This document shows positions 1-7,474 of a stretch of DNA of 64,000 bases, piece after piece (the stretch's first letter is position 1; each line of letters starts with the position of its first letter). Source of the DNA: Lysobacterales bacterium (GTDB taxonomy: Bacteria > Pseudomonadota > Gammaproteobacteria > Xanthomonadales > SZUA-5); the NCBI GenBank assembly GCA_022844165.1, contig JALHMH010000013.1:1-64000 (forward strand). The letters run 5' to 3'. Made by a program: the position numbers and the translations under genes. Under the pieces are notes generated by a model that was not told the origin of the DNA, ran no database searches, and saw only the letters and a list, made by a program, of their open reading frames with translations.

Positions 1-263
1 AACTGCAAGCCGTAAAGATCGAGCTTAACCGTGCTCCAGGAATGCGAGCCGATCAGCTCGGTGAAGTAGTCGCGCAACTGTGCCTCGTCGAGCGCTTCGA
101 TGCGATACCCGAAATACGCTCCCGCACGCCGCACCGCACGCGAATAGGCATCGATGGTTTTGGGCTGCAAACCCTTGAGTTTGAGGTGCTTCAGGTGGCA
201 CTGATACAGCGCATCAAAGCGCTCACGATCTTGCTCGCCGGACAAGCCTGTCATGGTAGTCAT
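1..263 (-). CDS. Tyrosine recombinase/integrase, N-terminal SAM-like domain (partial, runs off window), of the type paired with IS91-family transposases
   Basis: Not in the ORF track. Manual translation from ATG at 263 (GAGGA-like RBS upstream) gives MTTMTGLSGEQDRERFDALYQCHLKHLKLKGLQPKTIDAYSRAVRRAGAYFGYRIEALDEAQLRDYFTELIGSHSWSTVKLDLYGLQ. The 'L.LKG..PKTI.AY.RAVR' and 'S.STV....L' segments are typical integrase N-terminal helices. Confidence 0.8.
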   Translation of the reverse strand, partial: MTTMTGLSGEQDRERFDALYQCHLKHLKLKGLQPKTIDAYSRAVRRAGAYFGYRIEALDEAQLRDYFTELIGSHSWSTVKLDLYGLQ

Positions 264-376
264 TCCTCACGGTTGAAGGCACAATCACTCCCTCGGTCCG
301 CGAAGGAATGCCCGTGAAGGTTACGCCGCAATCCTCATCCCGAAGACCACTTCTCCGCGTAGCGGCTTCGTTCAAC
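1..376 (-). mobile_element. Recombinase-proximal end of an IS91-like (Y-recombinase + Y2 transposase) element, abutting an attC site
   Basis: Integrase 5' end followed by non-coding sequence that ends ...GCGGCTTCGTTCAAC, joined directly to the body of an attC site. Confidence 0.6.
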
Positions 377-425
377 AATTCATTCAAGCCGACGCCTTCG
401 GCGCGGCTTAACTTAAGCGTTAGGC
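370..425 (+). other. Integron attC site (59-base element)
   Basis: GTTCAAC-AATTC-ATTCAAGC-CGACGCCTTCGGCGCG-GCTTAAC-TTAAGC-GTTAGGC. It has R'' (RYYYAAC), L''/L' boxes that pair with one extra C, a central hairpin and R' GTTRRRY. It closely resembles short aadB/Xanthomonas-type attC sites (recalled, not searched). Confidence 0.85.
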
Positions 426-1114
426 TTCACATTCACACGCATGAAGCTCACCACCTCCAGAGAATCAGTCTCGCACGCGATGCGCGCCTATGCGGAGGGC
501 AAGCGAGCTTCTGGTGCCCGCGATGCCAAGACATGGTTTGTCCGCGGCCCAGATGCAAAGCTGCTGCCACTGAAGCACATTCTCAGTATTGCAACTGGCC
601 TCCCAACCAGAGACTTCAATACCTCGGACGCGATATCAACTGCGCAGTCGCTTGGATTTGAACCGGTCTTCGTTGGCGACCCGGTCCTTGCTGACATCGT
701 CCAGGTTCTGGAATCGAAGCGAACAGACGCAACCGAAGTGGAGCAACTCATCCTAGCCAGACTTGGCCAAGGTGCGTTCCGCAGGTCGTTGCTCAAAGAA
801 AGGAAGCAGTGCTTTGTCACCGGCTACCCCGATCCCCAGGTTCTTGTTGCCTCACACATCAAGCCTTGGGCTCGTTCGTCGGACACCGAGCGACTCAACC
901 CAAAGAACGGGCTTCTGCTGATTCCGACGCTTGATCGTGCTTTCGATCGAGGCCTCATCTCGTTCGAAGATGAGGGACAGATCTTGATCTCAGACCGTCT
1001 GATGAAACCGGAGAAGTTGGGAATCAATCGACGGCTCAGACTCTCGGCGTTCGTAGGCCGCGAGACCTTCCTTGAATACCATCGCCGAAAGGTGTTCAAG
1101 CGGTGACGCCTAAC
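419..1114 (+). mobile_element. Integron gene cassette carrying an HNH nuclease
   Basis: Core site GTTAGGC (419-425) lies 15 bp before the ATG. The exactly complementary inverse core GCCTAAC (1108-1114) lies 1 bp after the stop. The cassette holds a single ORF with no room for a promoter. Confidence 0.85.
441..1106 (+). CDS. HNH endonuclease (HNH_2-type), putative modification-dependent restriction enzyme
   Basis: C-terminal 'RLGQGAFR..L....CFVTG....LVASHIKPW....ERLNPKNGLLL.PTLDRAFDRGLISF...G.I..S' is the classic HNH_2 signature. There is an additional ~80 aa N-terminal domain. Confidence 0.88.
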   Translation: MKLTTSRESVSHAMRAYAEGKRASGARDAKTWFVRGPDAKLLPLKHILSIATGLPTRDFNTSDAISTAQSLGFEPVFVGDPVLADIVQVLESKRTDATEVEQLILARLGQGAFRRSLLKERKQCFVTGYPDPQVLVASHIKPWARSSDTERLNPKNGLLLIPTLDRAFDRGLISFEDEGQILISDRLMKPEKLGINRRLRLSAFVGRETFLEYHRRKVFKR

Positions 1115-1160
1115 GATTAGGGATAGATCGCGCGAAGCCGCGATCTATCCCGGGTTGAAC
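1115..1160. mobile_element. Hairpin terminus of a second IS91-like element copy, fused to the cassette R'' box
   Basis: Perfect 13-bp stem GGGATAGATCGCG (1120-1132) / CGCGATCTATCCC (1139-1151), then GTTGAAC (1154-1160). It sits directly after GCCTAAC and downstream of the transposase remnant. Confidence 0.6.
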
Positions 1161-1454
1161 AAGCCCGGTCTCGCAGGTTGGTGTCATCTTTATAGGGGAA
1201 AGATCTTCGCGCTTTGGCTGTTGTCTGGCGCGTTGCCGATTGGCTGTGGGCGCATCGATAAACGTTGGCCGAGTTTAGCCGTGCTCTGCGCTGAGCGGTG
1301 CGTTTGCGATGCGGTTGAATCGTCGAGTCGTTGCGTAATCTCCTTTGCAAAATGAGTGGCCGGCGCTGTGTTCGATGGTGTCGTGAAACAGTGCGCGGGG
1401 CTGCGGATCGGTGGGCTTGTTGGAGTTGCGAAAAGCCGATCCGCAATCGGTGGT

Positions 1455-1715
1455 TTATCCATCCGGCCGGCGCAGGATTTGTCCGATCAAACGCATCGGC
1501 ATCTTGCACTTCGGACAGCACAGCGGCGGCCGCGGTTTTTGTTCGCGCTGATTGAGGAGCACGCGCAGGATCAGTTGCACGAGCGTCAGTCGCGCTTTGG
1601 CTTTGCCGTGCAGGAACCCATAGTCGCGCACGCGACGCAAACCGGTGGGCAGGACGTGCTGCAACACATGTCAGAGGAACTGTGCGACGGGTAGCTCGCG
1701 ATACGCCGGCCGCCA
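1455..1715 (-). pseudogene. IS91-family (Y2) transposase C-terminal remnant
   Basis: Reads YRELPVAQFL*HVLQHVLPTGLRRVRDYGFL...CCPKCKMPM. LQHVLP.G.RRVR.YG.L and the terminal CPxC are IS91 transposase motifs. There is an in-frame TGA at 1671-1673 and the 5' part is missing. Confidence 0.85.
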
Positions 1716-1940
1716 CCTGCAGCAGGCGGAACTGATTGGATCCGCTGCGTGTGATCGTGCCATTGCGCAGGGCAATGGGGCTATTCACCCGCGGCAGTCC
1801 GCACTTCGCGCTCCGGCTGCCTTTCACCACGTTGCCCCCGATGTCCGATCGCGGGATGCGCAACTTGTTTTCCGCCAATCTATGCAACACACGTTTCGCA
1901 ACAGTTACAATTGGCTTCCCTTGGACTTTCGGAGGCACTG

Positions 1941-2360
1941 ATGGCGACGAACAGTTGCATTGTGATGAACTGGATCAACTTGACCAATACCCCCATGACG
2001 TTCTTTCAGCCGAGGCCACAAACACATGGGACGAATCCGACGGCGACCCCGGGGTTCATGGACGCCGGTCCGTCCGGGAACACATCATCGGTTCAGGCCG
2101 ATCCATCTGACCTCGTCTTCGGGCCCGGACCCGAAGGTATCTATCAATGGTTGATCGGGGAAACCATGCAGCTGATCCAAGTCATTTACAACCACCCTTT
2201 CGGCACCGGCAAGACAACCGTGACAATCACCTGTCCGGATGGTTACCTTGTTGCCGCCTGCGGCGAAGGCCCTGCCACGAGTCTCAACTTAGGGGCCACC
2301 TGCGTTTCGCTGCAAAGCCAGATCGCCACGGTGCAAATTCAAATTACTCAGAGCAGCTGA
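1941..2360 (+). CDS. Small beta-rich hypothetical protein, possibly aegerolysin/Cry34-ET79-like fold
   Basis: GGAGG RBS at 1931-1935 before the ATG at 1941. 139 aa. The segment 'GPEGIYQW...IQVIYNHPFGTGKT' resembles the G.EG...Y...W.NP..G.N pattern of aegerolysin-like proteins. No signal peptide. Confidence 0.5.
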   Translation: MATNSCIVMNWINLTNTPMTFFQPRPQTHGTNPTATPGFMDAGPSGNTSSVQADPSDLVFGPGPEGIYQWLIGETMQLIQVIYNHPFGTGKTTVTITCPDGYLVAACGEGPATSLNLGATCVSLQSQIATVQIQITQSS

Positions 2361-2480
2361 TGCCAGCTGGCGGGAACACAACAGCCGGTTTTCTGGTTTA
2401 GCAGGCCATATGCACAACGGGCCCGTTCGAAGCCAAGAAATTGGCATCATCGCGATGCTCAGGCCGCGGCGGCGTACACC

Positions 2481-4190
2481 ATGAAGACCGGTCGCAACGA
2501 CCCCTGCCCTTGCGGCAGCAGCAAGAAGTACAAGCATTGCCATCTGGCGATCGACACGACGGTTGCTCCCGATCGCTTGGCTTGGCGACGGCTGAGTCGG
2601 GTCATCGATGAATCTAAGCTGCTGCCGCAGATGTTCGAATTCGTCGCCGAGCACTACGGCATGGATGCCATCGACGAAGCGTGGGCTGAGTTTTTCGTCT
2701 GGCGCAATGTGCTCGACGACGTCGACGATGGCGATGTTGACTTTGACGATGACGATATCGACGGCGACGTTGACGATGACGCGTTGGAGAACGATACGTA
2801 CCTGGAGCACGAAGCGAACGAGCTGCAATCGGAAGAGACCGATGCCGACCAGGACACGTCCGAACTCATCGCGCGACTGAGCGGAAGTTCGAGCCAAAGC
2901 CCGGCGTCGCAACTGGACGCGCCCGTTGGCGACGCAAGGTCGCCTGTCGATCTCGTCGAACGCGAGGCGATGGCGACCCAAGACGCCGACGACGAGTTCG
3001 GCGAACCATACTACGACGATGACCAGTACACGAGCTTCGATCCTGATTCCCCTTTCGCAGAGGTTTTCGCGCATTGGTTGTTCGCGCTATGGGCCCCCAG
3101 CCCTCACCTCACTGTCGTGGCGAATCTGGAACTTCACGATGTTCCGCCGATTAAGCTGTACTTGCGACTGCGCGGCCATCGGCTCGATCCCTTGCTTCGG
3201 GAATACTTGACGTCGCTATCGACGACTGCGGTCAGCTTTTTTGAAATCGCGGCAACGCACGACGACGGTCGCCTTGAGGTTCGCGATGTGATGCTGCTGA
3301 GCGCGCACACCCTATTCGATGGCACGCTTTACAAGACCGTACGCCCTGGCGATGTGCTGATGGGGTTCATGGGCAGTGCTGGAGGCATCAGCATTTTCTC
3401 GGCCGTCTGGCCTTATCCGCTCCGCTCCGTCGACCTGCTTGCGATCATCGAGTTTCGCGAGCAGATCGCACAGAACGAAACACTAACGCGCGAAATCCTC
3501 CGCGCTTGCAACCTCGACTTCAGCGATCTGTATTTCGCCACCTTGGAACGACGCATGCGCCCGCCGCGTCTCACTACCACTGATGGCGAATTGCTGCAGC
3601 CGCAAGTTCTCAATTACGCGATCGACTCAGCCGACGACGCCTTCGAAGCGCTCCATAAACTCGACGTTACAGCTTCGCGCGAAACCCAATGGCAGAGCGT
3701 GTCGACGACGGACGACGGCCGGATCGCGCAAGCGACGATTCTTTGGACTCGCGTTGGCAATGCGCAGCATCCGGACTGGGAAAGCACGGTGCTGGGGCGC
3801 ATCCGGTTGAGCGCCGGTCGCATGCAAGTCGACGTGGCTTCTGGCGAACGTCGCGTGTGCATTCAAGCGCTGATCGATGCACGGCTGGGGCAGCGTGCGC
3901 GCCTGCTGTCGGTCGATTCGCCGCAATCGGCGCTGCAAGGGCGAATGGAAGGACCCGAGGTCGATGCGGCGATGGCGGAGTTCGTTCGACGCCACTACGA
4001 AACCTGGCCCGACCATCCATTGCCGGCACTCGATGGCCAAACGCCTCGCGAGGCGCTCGCAACCGCGATCGGCCGCGAGAAAGTGGCAGCGCTATTGCGC
4101 GATTTGGACGCCGTTGCAACACCTCCACCTGGACATCAAGAAGCGATCGGCCGATTACGTCAACAACTCGGCATTTCGGCGCTCACGTGA
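2481..4190 (+). CDS. SEC-C metal-binding motif protein with acidic insert and C-terminal Xre/MbcA/ParS-like domain
   Basis: N-terminal GRNDPCPCGSSKKYKHCH (SEC-C). C-terminal 'W.DHPLPALDGQTPREA'. Asp/Glu-rich tract in between. Confidence 0.85.
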   Translation: MKTGRNDPCPCGSSKKYKHCHLAIDTTVAPDRLAWRRLSRVIDESKLLPQMFEFVAEHYGMDAIDEAWAEFFVWRNVLDDVDDGDVDFDDDDIDGDVDDDALENDTYLEHEANELQSEETDADQDTSELIARLSGSSSQSPASQLDAPVGDARSPVDLVEREAMATQDADDEFGEPYYDDDQYTSFDPDSPFAEVFAHWLFALWAPSPHLTVVANLELHDVPPIKLYLRLRGHRLDPLLREYLTSLSTTAVSFFEIAATHDDGRLEVRDVMLLSAHTLFDGTLYKTVRPGDVLMGFMGSAGGISIFSAVWPYPLRSVDLLAIIEFREQIAQNETLTREILRACNLDFSDLYFATLERRMRPPRLTTTDGELLQPQVLNYAIDSADDAFEALHKLDVTASRETQWQSVSTTDDGRIAQATILWTRVGNAQHPDWESTVLGRIRLSAGRMQVDVASGERRVCIQALIDARLGQRARLLSVDSPQSALQGRMEGPEVDAAMAEFVRRHYETWPDHPLPALDGQTPREALATAIGREKVAALLRDLDAVATPPPGHQEAIGRLRQQLGISALT

Positions 4191-4331
4191 TTGGCATCTG
4201 GCGGCGAGCGCACGAAAACAAGCCTAAACGCATGCGCTAAAGTTAGCGTCACAGGCTTACCTTAAGGACCGCTAAACCATGCCAGCGACGTTGACGGAAA
4301 AAGGTCAGATCAGGCATCGAAGTCCGCGTGC

Positions 4332-6047
4332 TTAGTCCTGTCGCGCAGTCTGTGGCCGCCACAGCACAACCTGGTTGCGACCGCCGTTCTTGGCGCGATA
4401 GAGCGCCCGGTCGGCGCACTCGATCAACGCGTCGATGCGCTCGCCCGGCATCCACTCGCAGACCCCAAGACTGGCACTGATTTGCGTCGACTTCGCGCCG
4501 ACGCGGAACGGGACATTGGCCACATCAAGGCGCAGCCGCTCCGCCCAGGCCAATGCCTCGACGCCTGTCATTCCCGGCAGCACGACCACGAATTCTTCGC
4601 CGCCATAACGCGCCAGCGCGTCACCGACCCGGATCGATGCTCGAACGCGCCGAACCAGTTCGCCGAGGCACTGGTCACCCGCCGCATGTCCGTGGTCATC
4701 GTTGATTCGCTTGAAGTGGTCGATATCGATGAATGCCAGGCTCAGCGGGTGCCCGGTCGCCTGCGCCTGCGCCAGCAATGTCTCCAGGCGCTGTTGCAGG
4801 GCACGCCGGTTGAATACGCCAGTCAATGGATCGTGGCCGGCTTCGGCGGTCGCGGCATCCCGCTCCCGGCGCAGGCGCGCGGTGTCGTCCGCCAAACCGA
4901 ACAGGAGTACGCCGACCTGCAACGCCAGTCCGTAGAAGGCCAATCCCGCGATATCGAGCCACGTCGGCGGGAGCCAGCGCTGCAGCGCGAAAATCCAAAG
5001 GCCCAGGACCAGTAAGGCAGGGCTCCAGGCCATGAGCACATAGCGCCCGGCCTGCAGCCGGTCACGATGCGCGCGCCAGGCCTCGATCAGCACCAGCGGG
5101 ATCGATGCGAGGATCAGCATATTCGAGACCAGAGCACCCATCCGGTGAGGGCTTTGACCTTCGATCCAGCTGATCACGGCAATCGCGACCTGCATTGCCG
5201 CCAAGATCAGCAGCACTCGTCGCATGCGCGGACGTCGACGATCCAGTTCCAGGTAGCTGATGATGAAGAGGTGGCTCGATGCGACCGCCAACATTGCGAA
5301 CGTTCGTTGCAGAGGAGCTGACCAGACCAACAAGGTCGGGTTGTCGATCAGTTGATGTAACTCACCGGAGTTGGTGAGGATGTAGCCGGCCATCAGAAAA
5401 GCCGTCCATGCCAGATAGCCGTAAGCGACACCACCAAAGCTGCGGCGCAGGACGATCGCCAGCAACGCCAGGGTCAAGAGCGCTGTGGTGCTGGTCGCGA
5501 TCACCACCTTGCGCGTGGTCGCATGCGCGAGATAAGCATCGAGAGAACTCGACAGCACCAGCACCGGCAGACCACGGGCTTCTTTGACATGCAAATAGAA
5601 GCCCGAGCCCGCCGAAATCGCCGCTGGCACCAACACCGGTATCTCGCTACGCAGTCCCCAACCAGGCCCTGCGTCACCAAGGCGACTACGCTTGATGCGT
5701 TGATCGCTCTCCGGCCACAGCAGGGTCAGCTCCGCGCGCATCCCGGCCCGAAAATGCAGCACGTTTGGCGCATCAACAGACGCGCCTGACGACAGGTCGG
5801 CAGGCAACTCGCCCCACCACCAAGTGCCGCCGCCAAGATCGCGCACCGTGGTCGGTGCGGCACCCCCTGCCCTCGCACCCTCCAGTTGCCGCGGGTCATC
5901 GCTCGCCAAGCCTGCGCCCACGAGCCGGAGCTGCAGCACCTCGTTCGCAAAGGCGCCCGAAACGAAGCCGAGCAGCAGCATCGCGAGCAGCAACCTGACT
6001 AAATAGCTGGTGATGACGATAAAGCCTCTCGGCAGTTGAGCTGGCAC
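4332..6047 (-). CDS. Membrane diguanylate cyclase (7TM-DISM-like sensor + GGDEF); start uncertain
   Basis: HDPLTGVFNRR, DIDHFKRINDDHGHAAGD, RVGD I-site, RYGGEEF, ADRALYRAKNGGRN. Signal-like N-terminus, periplasmic region and about 7 hydrophobic helices. Confidence 0.9.
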   Translation of the reverse strand: MPAQLPRGFIVITSYLVRLLLAMLLLGFVSGAFANEVLQLRLVGAGLASDDPRQLEGARAGGAAPTTVRDLGGGTWWWGELPADLSSGASVDAPNVLHFRAGMRAELTLLWPESDQRIKRSRLGDAGPGWGLRSEIPVLVPAAISAGSGFYLHVKEARGLPVLVLSSSLDAYLAHATTRKVVIATSTTALLTLALLAIVLRRSFGGVAYGYLAWTAFLMAGYILTNSGELHQLIDNPTLLVWSAPLQRTFAMLAVASSHLFIISYLELDRRRPRMRRVLLILAAMQVAIAVISWIEGQSPHRMGALVSNMLILASIPLVLIEAWRAHRDRLQAGRYVLMAWSPALLVLGLWIFALQRWLPPTWLDIAGLAFYGLALQVGVLLFGLADDTARLRRERDAATAEAGHDPLTGVFNRRALQQRLETLLAQAQATGHPLSLAFIDIDHFKRINDDHGHAAGDQCLGELVRRVRASIRVGDALARYGGEEFVVVLPGMTGVEALAWAERLRLDVANVPFRVGAKSTQISASLGVCEWMPGERIDALIECADRALYRAKNGGRNQVVLWRPQTARQD

Positions 6048-6318
6048 CGTCCAAGCATACCGATACACGGCCGGCCAGCGTTCCCTGTGCCCGCACTGCG
6101 GTGCGGCACGTCCCAATGTCCATACTCGATTCTGGGTTTGGACCACAGCCGGACGCAACGCGTGGCGCATGCCGAGAACGACGCTGCGATGACGAAAATT
6201 GACACATGTCAACTATGCCAATCCACCGTGACAGCAGAATTGGTTTTACGGCGCACCACTGCTCCAAGTGAAGGAGGGTACAAGTGCTCTGCAAAGCCAA
6301 CGATTGCTTGAGGCACTT

Positions 6319-6876
6319 GTGAATACGTCACCGCATGCTTCGTCATCAGGACCGATTCGTGACTTGCAACCCACCCTGCATAGCCACGGTGCACCGCCGC
6401 TGCAGCCCAAAAGCCTGTCCAGTCAAACGACCGGAATCGGCGCGCTCCTGGCTGAGCAAGCTGGGCGCGGGCAATCCATTGAATGGTCGCCCATGCTCTC
6501 GATTGGCATTGCCAGCATCGACGCGCAGCACCGAGTGCTGGTGGCATACATCAATCAATTGACGCATGCGGTAGCACACGGTCAAACCGCCCGAATCCTG
6601 CAAGCAGTGCTTGCGGGATTGGACGGTTACACGCGAATTCACTTCCGCCACGAAGAACGGCTGTTCGCTTTGCACGGCTGGACGGAGCACGTCGATCATG
6701 CCGATGGCCATCGGGCATTTGAAAGGCAACTTGCCGAGTTCAGGCGGCGCTTTGAGGACGGTGACACGTCGATAGGGCTGGAAGTCTTGAAGTTCATGAT
6801 TTACTGGCTTGCGGAACACATTCTCTCCGACGACATGGCCTACAGCGCGTTTCTGCGCGAGCATGGCGTGCGCTGA
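6319..6876 (+). CDS. Bacteriohemerythrin; start uncertain (ORF open from 6268)
   Basis: W...LSIGIASIDAQHRVL, HFRHEE, H...H, WLAEHILSDD: full di-iron ligand pattern. Confidence 0.88.
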   Translation: MNTSPHASSSGPIRDLQPTLHSHGAPPLQPKSLSSQTTGIGALLAEQAGRGQSIEWSPMLSIGIASIDAQHRVLVAYINQLTHAVAHGQTARILQAVLAGLDGYTRIHFRHEERLFALHGWTEHVDHADGHRAFERQLAEFRRRFEDGDTSIGLEVLKFMIYWLAEHILSDDMAYSAFLREHGVR

Positions 6877-7187
6877 AAGTCCACTTCGCAGTCGTCTCCG
6901 GCGGCTTAGAAACCTCGCAGCGGTGGTCATCGTCGGATCGTCCTTGCCGAGGAAGTGATAGGTAAGGCGAAATGCGATAACGAATTCTCGTTCCGCTCGG
7001 GCACGTATGTCCGCAGCCCCATCTTCGGTGGTCTGCTGCATTTGGCGCGCAGTGCACGAGCTTCCTGTTTCACAAGATTTTGCATCAACGGCTCGCGAAG
7101 CGGATCCGCGCCTCATCAGTCCGAGGAACACAAGCCTGTGATGGCGACCATCCAGCTGCCGTGACTCGTTCGCCCACGAACTCGCGA

Positions 7188-7248
7188 TAGAGTCCTTGAC
7201 GGCGCGGGATCTGAAAAATTGAGTCAAGTTTTCTACAAAGCCGCTTTG
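7188..7248 (+). repeat. Partial (left-half) copy of dispersed repeat family A
   Basis: TAGAGTCCTTGACGG...TGAGTCAAGTTTTCTACAAAGCCGCTTTG aligns with 36817-36880. Confidence 0.7.
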
Positions 7249-7474
7249 CCGCCTGGGGCCTTTTCTGGCCCTGCCTTCTTGCCCGTTGATGACATTGAGG
7301 CGACGGGCTGTCCAAAATTTTCCACAGCCATGGGCGACTGCGCGTGACGCCGCCGTCAATGAATGCGCACGTGGACCCATCTGGCCAGATGTCGACCCGC
7401 TGATTGGCCAAGGCTGTCCGGCGACCCCATCAGAATTTGATTTCTTGCCGCCTTTGCCGATAAAGTTGTGAAAG

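Noticed and set aside
42-317. 91-aa plus-strand ORF
   Set aside because: Shadow of the minus-strand integrase, which carries the recognisable motifs.
1108-1160. Canonical attC for the HNH cassette (GCCTAAC…GTTGAAC)
   Set aside because: The stem is perfect with no extrahelical base, and only 2 nt separate it from GTT, unlike L'/R' spacing in attC. Better read as an element terminus, though not fully excluded.
4215-4290. attI/attC-like words (GCCTAAAC, GCGCTAAAGTTAGCGT)
   Set aside because: No L boxes or correct spacing, and no cassette-like ORF or integrase next to it.
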